From: Aliivibrio fischeri ES114 | GTDB taxonomy: Bacteria; Pseudomonadota; Gammaproteobacteria; Enterobacterales; Vibrionaceae | Length of the DNA stretch: 32,000 nucleotides | Reading direction: 5' to 3' (one strand) | Assembly: GCF_000011805.1 (NCBI RefSeq) | Contig: NC_006841.2 | In this document: positions 9,230-17,507 of the stretch, in pieces | Numbering within the stretch: the first letter of the stretch is position 1 | Layout: every line of letters starts with the position of its first letter | Position numbers and translations under genes: made by a program | The notes under the pieces: generated by a model | What the model was told of the DNA's origin: nothing | Database searches by the model: none | What the model saw: only the letters and a program-made list of their open reading frames with translations

Positions 9230-9246
9230 TACAAAAGCCATGCCAT
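9230..9246 (-). promoter_or_regulatory. Candidate sigma-54-like promoter for the LruC-domain gene
   Basis: Minus strand ATGGCATGGCTTTTGTA vs YTGGCACGNNNNTTGCW: -24 and -12 element spacing correct, three mismatches. Predicted start about 29 nt upstream of the SD/ATG at 9189. Confidence 0.4.
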
Positions 9247-9437
9247 ATATAAGGCGTTGATTTAAAAGATAATAAATCTTAGGAATCACCATTTTTTTAT
9301 TCTGATTATCAGATTGCACGCAATTAATTTCATTTTAATAAATAAAAACACACAATAAATCCATCTTATTTATTCAAAAAAGACGTATCAAAAACCAGCT
9401 CATTTTTAATCTATTTACCTATCAACTCTTAAGTCGA

Positions 9438-9471
9438 TTCTCATTCTGCAAACTGCATTGCAAATTGAGAA
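9438..9471. promoter_or_regulatory. Inverted pair of SypG boxes in sypA / LruC divergent region
   Basis: TTCTCATTCTGCAAA (9438-9452, plus) and TTCTCAATTTGCAAT (9457-9471, minus) each match TTCTCANNNTGC; 4 nt between them. Confidence 0.82.
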
Positions 9472-9539
9472 TATATCATCGAAAAAACAAAAATAGACAC
9501 TAAATAAATTTAACTAATTGATAAATAATAATTTAATTT

Positions 9540-9556
9540 TTGGCACGCATACTGCT
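9540..9556 (+). promoter_or_regulatory. Sigma-54 promoter upstream of sypA
   Basis: TTGGCACGCATACTGCT, matches YTGGCACGNNNNTTGCW with one mismatch and correct GG-GC spacing. Confidence 0.92.
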
Positions 9557-9603
9557 CTAGTAACTTTATCGAAACAACGAGGATTATTCCCTAGGAGCTT
9601 ATT

Positions 9604-9921
9604 ATGGAACTACATCAATTCGAATCAAATGAAGATATTTTGGTGCTATCAGTTCAAGGTGATATGGACGCCATCGGTTGTAGAGATATTCAACCATCCA
9701 TCGATAGCGTGATTGAACAAGAACATCATCAAGTTCAAATCGATTTATCACACGTAGCCTTTTTAGATTCATCAGGTATTGGCGCTATTGTTTATCTATA
9801 TAAACGACTTATAGAGAAAGATCGTACTATGCAGATTAAAAATGCACATGGCCAGCCACTAGAGTTACTAAAACTTCTACGTATTGAAAACGCAATTCCT
9901 GTTAATAAAACAACGCATTAA
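9604..9921 (+). CDS. sypA: SypA, STAS-domain anti-sigma factor antagonist-like regulator
   Basis: 105 aa STAS protein; IDLSHVAFLDSSGIGAIVYL with Ser at position 56, the residue known as the SypE target in V. fischeri; first gene after the sigma-54 promoter. Confidence 0.95.
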   Translation: MELHQFESNEDILVLSVQGDMDAIGCRDIQPSIDSVIEQEHHQVQIDLSHVAFLDSSGIGAIVYLYKRLIEKDRTMQIKNAHGQPLELLKLLRIENAIPVNKTTH

Positions 9922-9969
9922 TTAGTGCAAAACACCATTTTAACTGTATGACACATGGAGAGTTATAAA

Positions 9970-10794
9970 ATGAAAAAAATATTAGGATTAGTTTTTGGAT
10001 TACTTTCTGTGTCTGGTTGTACATCTTTTGCTGAACCTGGCAAAGGTGGAGAAGCTGAAAATTACCCACAAGCGGCTTTTAGCCCTGTCATGCCAGATCA
10101 ACCTCTTGGACCTGAGCATGGACTTAGATTTGATTGGGAATTAGCAGCTCGCCACCTAGATATTCTGATTCTAGAAAAAGCAGAATGGTGTTTTCCTGCG
10201 ACCGTGCATCAAGCGAAACAAAATGAAGCTCGTATTGCACGAGAATTAGAAGGAGGTTTACAACTGGATGCGGCAAATGACTTGGTTATTCAACGTAACT
10301 TGCTAAAACGATTAGAGCGCCAGTTAGATTACGTGAAACGCCAAGAAACCTGTCAACCACCGACAGATTCAAACAATGGAAACTCAGACATTGAGTTAGC
10401 TCAAAAGATTCATGACTTATTAAATCGAGACAATCAATTTGCTTTTAATTCCGCGGAATTAAACCCTAAATACATTGTTAATCTATCAGAAGCGTCACAA
10501 TTACTAAATCAACATAAAGACTTTAAATTGCTTATTACAGGCCATGCTGATGCGTTAGGTGAAGAAGATGCGAATCAGAACCTAGCTCTTGAGCGTGCCA
10601 AACAAGTAAAACGTTACTTAAGTATTTTTGGTCTTTCGCAACAACGAATCCATGTTGATTCAGTCGGCTCAAATGATCCTTACCTAAGCGGTACTGAGCC
10701 TCATGTACGCCTAACCAATCGCCGAGTAACTATCGAGCTATTACAACTCGATCAACCACTAATGCTTGAAAAACCATCACACAATGAGGGCTAA
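9970..10794 (+). CDS. sypB: SypB, OmpA-family outer membrane lipoprotein
   Basis: Track ORF 9955..10794; MKKILGLVFGLLSVSGCTS lipoprotein signal at 9970 with GGAG SD; C-terminal OmpA-like domain (HKDFKLLITGHADALGEEDANQNLALERAKQVKRYL...DSVGSNDPYLSGTEPHVRLTNRRVTIEL). Confidence 0.92.
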   Translation: MKKILGLVFGLLSVSGCTSFAEPGKGGEAENYPQAAFSPVMPDQPLGPEHGLRFDWELAARHLDILILEKAEWCFPATVHQAKQNEARIARELEGGLQLDAANDLVIQRNLLKRLERQLDYVKRQETCQPPTDSNNGNSDIELAQKIHDLLNRDNQFAFNSAELNPKYIVNLSEASQLLNQHKDFKLLITGHADALGEEDANQNLALERAKQVKRYLSIFGLSQQRIHVDSVGSNDPYLSGTEPHVRLTNRRVTIELLQLDQPLMLEKPSHNEG

Positions 10795-10798
10795 GAAC

Positions 10799-12910
10799 AT
10801 GCGTATTATTCAAGTTCTACTTATCATAGTAATGCTGTCTCCTTTTTCTGTTTCTCAAGCAAATGAGAAGAAGGATGTAGTTCGTGTGGGTGATATAATT
10901 TCAATCATGCTGCCCGGTGAAGACTCTTTGAATAAAGGTTTTCAGGTAGATAAACAAGGGCGTTTAATTTTACCTGAGATTGGGCCAATCTCAGTGGTAG
11001 GCAAAACCGAAGCACAAATGGTCTCAACAGTAACATTAAACTTAAAAACCATTTTACAAAACTTAACGAATCTACAAGTGTTTATCAGTAAACGTCAGTT
11101 GATTGTGAATATTCAAGGGTATGTGAAACAGCCAGGTGAATATACCCTGTCGGATGGCGACTCAGTACAACTGGCACTTTACGCAGCAGGTGGTTTACGT
11201 TCTGGTGCCCAACTTAACCGTCTACAACTGCGTCGTTCAAACAAAGTAACGACCTTTAACTATAAGGCGTTCTTAGATTCAGGTGATCAAGCTCTTCTAC
11301 CCACTCTGCAATCATTAGATACCTTATTTATCCCAGCTTCTCCTATGGTTGGTAATATTGAACAAGAATTTGACCCAGCAAAATTATCCCAAGCAGGTGA
11401 TGCTGCCGATGGAAAAAAAGCCATCAAAGTATTTGGTGAGGTGAATTCTCCGGGAACGTTTTCTTATAAAGACGGCAGTAACCTTGTTGATGTTCTAATG
11501 AGAGCGGGTGGTGTTACTCGCTACGCTGGTGTTGAACAAATCCGAGTAATTTCTAAAAACCAACCTGCTTTGTTTAATCTTAAGCGTTATTTAGATACTG
11601 GGGATTCTAGTCTATTACCACCATTAGAAGTTGGCTCAACCATTTTCGTGCCTAAACAAGAAGAAGAAATTAAATCAGGCTCTAATATGGTGTATGTCAT
11701 GGGTGAAGTCGCAAAACCGGGTGCTTTTGAAGGGAAGAAAGGCGCAACGTTTATGGATATCTTAGCCAATGCTGGAGGCCCAACACGTTTTGCTGAATCT
11801 CGTCAAATCCGAGTAATTAAAGCCAATGGGGCGGTGATTAATTTTGATTTATCAGGTTACACCGAAGGTACAAACTATCAACGACCTCCAGCAATTGCTG
11901 CCGGTGATGCGATTTTCGTTCCTGAAAAAACCGATATGAACGAAAAATCATGGTTAAAAATTGCGCCTAGCCGTGCCGTTCGTGTCCTAGGAGAAGTACA
12001 ACACCCAGGACGAATTGAATGGTCAGATGAAATGTCATTTTTAGATTTACTGGCGCATGTAGGTGGTCCAACTCTACGTGGGGATACCACAAGAATTGAA
12101 ATTGTAACTCCAGATGCAAGCGGTAAGAATCATGTTTATACCTTTAACTTAGATTCATTTATATCAAAAGGAAAACCCGATTCAGCACTACCAACCATTC
12201 GTGCGGGCGCGACTATTCGAGTTCACGACTTACCTCAAGATCCATCAGACAACAAATCACAATGGGTACGTCAAAGTTCTGATAGCTCAATTTATGTCTT
12301 TGGCCAGGTAAATGCTGCGGGGCGCTATCGTTTTACCAATGATATGCATTTCCTAGATATCTTATCGGCGGCTGATGGTCCAACCATGGATGCCGATATT
12401 CACAATATTCGAATTACTCACAGGGATAAAAGTTATGCTCGTGTAAGTAAACTAAATCTAGCTTTATATTTTGAAACGGGTGATGAATCCCTACTACCAA
12501 AAGTAAAAACAGGCGATACCATTTATATTCCTGAAAAAAATCGTATTTGGGTAGATGAAAGTAAAGAAACCACCATTCGTGTACTAGGAGCTATCAATAA
12601 ACCCGGTCGCTATCGTTTTAATGACTCAATGACATTACTTGATCTATTAGCAGAAGCCGGAGGGCCCAGTGATGTAGCCTACCTTGAAAAAATCAGTGTG
12701 GTAAACCATTCATTGAATGAAGGACAAGCAAGAACCTTTGACCTTGTTGAGTTCAGTCGTACTGCTGATTTTAGAAGCATTCCCGTACTAAGAGCTGGCG
12801 ATACCGTATATATTCCAAATAAAGACGAAAGCACAATGGAGCAAGTACGTGTTGTAATGAAAGATGTTTTCCAAGTTGTCGCAACCATTGCCTTGATAGG
12901 AGCATTATAA
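10799..12910 (+). CDS. sypC: SypC, large polysaccharide export protein with multiple SLBB repeats
   Basis: Track ORF 10766..12910; start at 10799 supported by GAGGG SD and signal peptide MRIIQVLLIIVMLSPFSVSQA. Poly_export motif VRVGDIISIMLPGEDSLNKGFQVDKQGRLILPEIG and about six SLBB-like units. Confidence 0.95.
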   Translation: MRIIQVLLIIVMLSPFSVSQANEKKDVVRVGDIISIMLPGEDSLNKGFQVDKQGRLILPEIGPISVVGKTEAQMVSTVTLNLKTILQNLTNLQVFISKRQLIVNIQGYVKQPGEYTLSDGDSVQLALYAAGGLRSGAQLNRLQLRRSNKVTTFNYKAFLDSGDQALLPTLQSLDTLFIPASPMVGNIEQEFDPAKLSQAGDAADGKKAIKVFGEVNSPGTFSYKDGSNLVDVLMRAGGVTRYAGVEQIRVISKNQPALFNLKRYLDTGDSSLLPPLEVGSTIFVPKQEEEIKSGSNMVYVMGEVAKPGAFEGKKGATFMDILANAGGPTRFAESRQIRVIKANGAVINFDLSGYTEGTNYQRPPAIAAGDAIFVPEKTDMNEKSWLKIAPSRAVRVLGEVQHPGRIEWSDEMSFLDLLAHVGGPTLRGDTTRIEIVTPDASGKNHVYTFNLDSFISKGKPDSALPTIRAGATIRVHDLPQDPSDNKSQWVRQSSDSSIYVFGQVNAAGRYRFTNDMHFLDILSAADGPTMDADIHNIRITHRDKSYARVSKLNLALYFETGDESLLPKVKTGDTIYIPEKNRIWVDESKETTIRVLGAINKPGRYRFNDSMTLLDLLAEAGGPSDVAYLEKISVVNHSLNEGQARTFDLVEFSRTADFRSIPVLRAGDTVYIPNKDESTMEQVRVVMKDVFQVVATIALIGAL

Positions 12911-13617
12911 TGAGGATCCCATCGTGCCATATGGAAATTGAACAAATCTTTTTGCAATTAGAGCAACAAGATAGCCGTTCAATTTGCATTACATCAACCA
13001 ATTCTGGTGAAGGAGTAAGTTCATTGGCTCAAGCATTAACTGAGCGACACTTACTTGCTGGCTATCGAACACTATTGGTTGATCTTAATCTTCAAAATCC
13101 AAGTTTAATACCACTGTCATTAATACCAAGCGATACCGATGTAGCTGAAACAAACTCTCATTATCTGACTTTCTCTCAACATAATAGTGTCGTGCTTTCT
13201 GGTCTTGCTGTGCCCACAAATAAAGCGGAAATCGTCGAATTACGTCAACCCAAAAACTTGAAAAAGCGAATTGATACTTGGTTAAAAGAGTTCGATAAAG
13301 TCATTATTGATGCTTCATCTGTTTCACAACTCAATACCAACAATATTCCAGCTCAAACTATTGCTGGCTGTTGTGAAAGTACCCTTATGGTTATTTTGTC
13401 TGGTCAAACACTTCAAACCGAATTTAAAGATGCACTAGAAAAGCTAGAACATCACAACGCAAATATTATTGGTCATGTTTTTAATGATAAATACCAACCA
13501 AGTTTAAAAAATGAAATTTGTAGAGAAATCCAACGTTTATCTTTTTTACCAAAAAAAATATCAACTAGACTTATCGCAATAGTCCAAAGAAACCGATTTT
13601 TATCAACAGTGGTGTAA
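12910..13617 (+). CDS. sypD: SypD, CpsD/CapB-like polysaccharide co-polymerase ATPase-fold protein (Walker A degenerate)
   Basis: SICITSTNSGEGVSSLAQALTERHLLAGYRTLLVDLNLQNPSL...VIIDASSVSQL; position in locus. Start 12910 overlaps sypC stop; ATG 12931 is an alternative. Confidence 0.88.
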   Translation: MRIPSCHMEIEQIFLQLEQQDSRSICITSTNSGEGVSSLAQALTERHLLAGYRTLLVDLNLQNPSLIPLSLIPSDTDVAETNSHYLTFSQHNSVVLSGLAVPTNKAEIVELRQPKNLKKRIDTWLKEFDKVIIDASSVSQLNTNNIPAQTIAGCCESTLMVILSGQTLQTEFKDALEKLEHHNANIIGHVFNDKYQPSLKNEICREIQRLSFLPKKISTRLIAIVQRNRFLSTVV

Positions 13618-13619
13618 TC

Positions 13620-15137
13620 ATGAATTCTACTTTACTTTTTTCAGATACAAAGCCCACATCACTAGAGTCGGTGAGAGTATTGCGCCAATCGTTATCTAAA
13701 ATTCTTAAAAATCTTGAAATAAATACGACCGTATTGAATCAATGCTTATTGTGCTTCTCTGAATGGAGCACCAATCTAGTTTTGCACCCTATTCAACCAA
13801 GTAAAAATATCAGCCTAACTCTGCGAAAAAGCAATAGTCACTGGCAAATAGACATTATTGATGATGGTATACCTTGGGATCCAACTGAACAGCATAAAGA
13901 ATCCGAACTCAGTGAATTTTCATTAAAATGTGGCGGGCGAGGCATTGATATCATTCAAGATCAAACTGATGATATTAGATACAAATCGACAATAGAGAAC
14001 AATACATTAAGCCTATTATGGGAGCGTTCCCCTTCCCATAAACACCCTCATATCTTAATTGTTGAAGACGATGCAATTCAATCAAAGTTACTTCAGGCGT
14101 ATCTTAAATCCAATTTTTCAATAACAGCAACAACCAATGGCAGAGAAGCGCTGCAATTTCTACAGCATAACACCGTTGATTTAATTATCTCAGATATTCA
14201 AATGCCTGAAATGAGTGGGTTAGAGCTAAGATCGCAACTAGAAAAAGAGAATAACTTTTCAATTCCATTTATTTTTCTTTCTAATTTACAAGATACAAAT
14301 ACCGTCAATTGTGCTGCCGAATTAGGCATTGATGATTTTCTGCAAAAACCCGTACAAAAAACACAATTAATACACTCTATTACTCGTGTATTAGGCCGTT
14401 TCCACCAGGTCTATCACGCACTATCAGAACAACTTAATCAAAAAATCGCCCATACTCTATTACCACAAGTTGAGGCACACTCTGATAAATGGAAGCTGAT
14501 CACACAGCAAAGAACCGTAGGTCAAGGCGGTGGAGATTTTACTTTATCCAGAGCTAACAATAATAACACTCTACTACTTCTTGCTGATGTAATGGGACAC
14601 GATGAAAGTGCCAAATTCTTTGCTTACGCTTATGCAGGTTATGTGCGAGGCCTAATGCAACATGCAGACCTCACACAACCATCGCAACTTTTATCTCAAC
14701 TTTCAAATAATGCATTTAAAGACCAACTTCTATCACAAACCATGTTAACCACATGTTGCTTAAGTTTTATTGGTGATGATACGATAAAAATAAGTAGCGC
14801 TGGACATCCAAAACCTCTCCACATAACACCAAGGGGAATTAACATCATCGAAATTGAGGGGACACTTCCAGGATTGCTCCCTACAACTCATTATAAAGAA
14901 ACCACAATATCAATGAAGTATGGAGAACGTTTAGCATTATTTACTGATGGGTTATTTGAATCAGGTGACACTATTTCTGAACGAGATACCTTAGAGAAGG
15001 CCATAAAAAAACAGTTAATAGAAACACTACATTTACCAATAGAGCAAGCTATCAACCAGATAATAAAAACTTTTGATGCTCTAGCGGGGACACCACCCAA
15101 TGACGATGCATTATTGCTGTTAATTGAGAATCAATAA
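13620..15137 (+). CDS. sypE: SypE, response regulator with N-terminal RsbW-like kinase domain, central receiver and C-terminal PP2C phosphatase domain
   Basis: N-terminal HATPase-like (WQIDIIDDGIPWD...GGRGIDII), PHILIVEDDAIQS...LIISDIQMPEMSG...DDFLQKPV, and PP2C (TLLLLADVMGHDESAKFFAYAYAGYVRG...LFTDGLFESGD...PNDDALLLLI). Confidence 0.95.
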   Translation: MNSTLLFSDTKPTSLESVRVLRQSLSKILKNLEINTTVLNQCLLCFSEWSTNLVLHPIQPSKNISLTLRKSNSHWQIDIIDDGIPWDPTEQHKESELSEFSLKCGGRGIDIIQDQTDDIRYKSTIENNTLSLLWERSPSHKHPHILIVEDDAIQSKLLQAYLKSNFSITATTNGREALQFLQHNTVDLIISDIQMPEMSGLELRSQLEKENNFSIPFIFLSNLQDTNTVNCAAELGIDDFLQKPVQKTQLIHSITRVLGRFHQVYHALSEQLNQKIAHTLLPQVEAHSDKWKLITQQRTVGQGGGDFTLSRANNNNTLLLLADVMGHDESAKFFAYAYAGYVRGLMQHADLTQPSQLLSQLSNNAFKDQLLSQTMLTTCCLSFIGDDTIKISSAGHPKPLHITPRGINIIEIEGTLPGLLPTTHYKETTISMKYGERLALFTDGLFESGDTISERDTLEKAIKKQLIETLHLPIEQAINQIIKTFDALAGTPPNDDALLLLIENQ

Positions 15138-15164
15138 AAAGCAAACATTGCAAAGGAGCTAACT

Positions 15165-17465
15165 ATGACATTTCGACTTAAAACGATCATTGGTATCTCA
15201 ATTATTCAGTGCATCATGTTACTGATCTTAGTATTTAGTTCTGTAAAATTTATTTCAGATTCTAATGAACAAAGATTAATAGCAAGAGCCAATGCATCTG
15301 TACATATGTTCTCCAATGCTATTAAAGATTCCATACTCAATAATCAATACGACAAAGTAGCTTCCTTAATGGATGATTTTATCACGCTAGAAAAAATTTG
15401 TTATATTCGTATTTTTCGTGAAGATGGAAGCTTAATTGTTGAAGGTGGACCAAAATTACATGAAGTCGCTAATCCGGACTCGTCAATTTTGCATAATGCA
15501 TCTGATGGGACTTATGATGTCATTTTACCGATAATCACCAATGATAAAACGCTAGGGAAAGTAGAAATCGGATTTGGCACTCATGGTGAAAACACCTTCC
15601 TTTCTCAAGCTAAATCATGGATATATGCCATCGCATCCATTGAGCTTATTTTTGTTATTGGGCTTTCATTTTTACTTGGTAATGCTCTAACCCGCAATCT
15701 CCATAAACTGAAAAAAGCCGTTAACACCGTTGCTAGCCAAGGCCCAGGAGCACAAGTTGATATATCATCTATCGGAGATTTAGGTGATGTAGCACAAGCA
15801 TTTAATAACATGTCCTTAAAGCTAGAACAAAACTACCAAGATCTACAGCAAGCCAGAAATGAAGCAGAAGCTGCCAATAAAAGTAAAAGTCGATTTTTAG
15901 CTTCCATGAGTCACGAAATACGAACCCCTATGAATGCTGTCCTAGGTTTACTCGCGATTTTAAAAGACACAACTTTAAAACCAAATCAAAAAGAGCTTGT
16001 TAATACCGCAACAGATTCAAGTGAATTGTTGCTCTCAATCATTAATGATATTCTCGACTTCTCACGTATGGAAGCTAACACCTTCTACCTTGAAAATCAT
16101 ATCTTTAACATACATAAAAGTTTAAATAGTGTACTCAAGACTTTTCATCCACAAGCCCAAAATAAGCAATTAGAATTGTCATTGTTTATTGCTGATAATG
16201 TTCCAACCTATGTTCAAGGCGATGCTCACAGATTACGTCAAATATTATTAAATTTAGTTGGTAACAGCTTAAAGTTCACTGATGATGGACAGGTTCAAAT
16301 ATTAGTTAATGCCGAAGAGCATGAAGGACGCATCCAATTACATTGCTCAGTCCAAGACTCAGGTATTGGCATACAGCAAGAACAATTAGAATATCTATTT
16401 GATGAGTTTACTATGGCAGATAACAGCTTTTCTCGAACTCATGAAGGTTCTGGTTTAGGGTTAGCTATTTGTCAACGCTTAGTTCATATGATGGATGGTA
16501 CCATTACGGTAAATAGCCAATATGGTTTAGGAAGTGAATTCTCCTTCAATATTCAATTAGATAAAGCCACAACTAAAGAGATTAACTATCTATTATCAAA
16601 AGAAAAAATAGAACAGCAAAAGGATATTGAACAACAAAAAAACTGTGTATTCTCTGATGCTAATATTCTTGTTGTTGAGGATAATCACGCCAATCAAATT
16701 GTTATTAAAAACACCCTAAATTATGCCGGTTACTCAATTGATATTGCTCAAAATGGTAAAGAAGCGATAACAAAAGCAATTAATACCCAATATGACCTTA
16801 TTTTCATGGATATATCTATGCCTGAAATGGATGGCATGACGGCAACGAAAAAAATCCGCTCTCTATCTGATACACACCAAAACATGCCTATCATTGCACT
16901 TACTGCACATGCCCTTTCAGGTGATAAAGAGCGATTTATAGAGGCAGGAATGACGGATTATCTTTCAAAACCTTTCAACCGAAGTGATTTACTAGAATGT
17001 CTTGCTAAGTACCTGTTTAAACAGGGTAAACAAGACCCTTCATTTTGCCAAGAATGTGACCTATGTGAGTTTAATGAATCAACAGAAGAGCCTAAAAGTA
17101 TGGATAATGAGCTATTATTAGTAGATGAACAGATAATTCAGCAAATAATAGCTGACACCGATGCGAGTGTTATGCCTGAATTAATCCGCTTTTATATTAT
17201 TGAATCAAAAGAGCGAGTAGAAACCATCTCAAATGCGGCAAAAAATAAAGATTTATATGCATTAGAGTTTGAAGCGCATACATTAGGAAGCAGTGCATTA
17301 ACGCTTGGAAACGTGGCCTTATCTACGCTTGCAAGAGAAATTGAAATTCATTGTATTAATCAACAATTTGATGATGCGTTAGAAAAAACGGCACATTTAC
17401 CTGATTTAGCTACACTTTCACTAGACGCACTTGAAAAAAGAAATAAACAAGGTTTCTCAAAATAA
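15165..17465 (+). CDS. sypF: SypF, hybrid sensor kinase with receiver and HPt domain
   Basis: Two TM segments, [63 protein letters not shown]-terminal HPt ALEFEAHTLGSSALTLG. Confidence 0.95.
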   Translation: MTFRLKTIIGISIIQCIMLLILVFSSVKFISDSNEQRLIARANASVHMFSNAIKDSILNNQYDKVASLMDDFITLEKICYIRIFREDGSLIVEGGPKLHEVANPDSSILHNASDGTYDVILPIITNDKTLGKVEIGFGTHGENTFLSQAKSWIYAIASIELIFVIGLSFLLGNALTRNLHKLKKAVNTVASQGPGAQVDISSIGDLGDVAQAFNNMSLKLEQNYQDLQQARNEAEAANKSKSRFLASMSHEIRTPMNAVLGLLAILKDTTLKPNQKELVNTATDSSELLLSIINDILDFSRMEANTFYLENHIFNIHKSLNSVLKTFHPQAQNKQLELSLFIADNVPTYVQGDAHRLRQILLNLVGNSLKFTDDGQVQILVNAEEHEGRIQLHCSVQDSGIGIQQEQLEYLFDEFTMADNSFSRTHEGSGLGLAICQRLVHMMDGTITVNSQYGLGSEFSFNIQLDKATTKEINYLLSKEKIEQQKDIEQQKNCVFSDANILVVEDNHANQIVIKNTLNYAGYSIDIAQNGKEAITKAINTQYDLIFMDISMPEMDGMTATKKIRSLSDTHQNMPIIALTAHALSGDKERFIEAGMTDYLSKPFNRSDLLECLAKYLFKQGKQDPSFCQECDLCEFNESTEEPKSMDNELLLVDEQIIQQIIADTDASVMPELIRFYIIESKERVETISNAAKNKDLYALEFEAHTLGSSALTLGNVALSTLAREIEIHCINQQFDDALEKTAHLPDLATLSLDALEKRNKQGFSK

Positions 17466-17507
17466 AAGAATAAAACAAAATTCGCTAGGTAAAACAGGAT
17501 GTTACTT

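Noticed and set aside
9518-9712. 64-aa ORF overlapping the sypA promoter and start
   Set aside because: It spans the sigma-54 element and runs out of frame through sypA; SypA frame is clearly the coding one.
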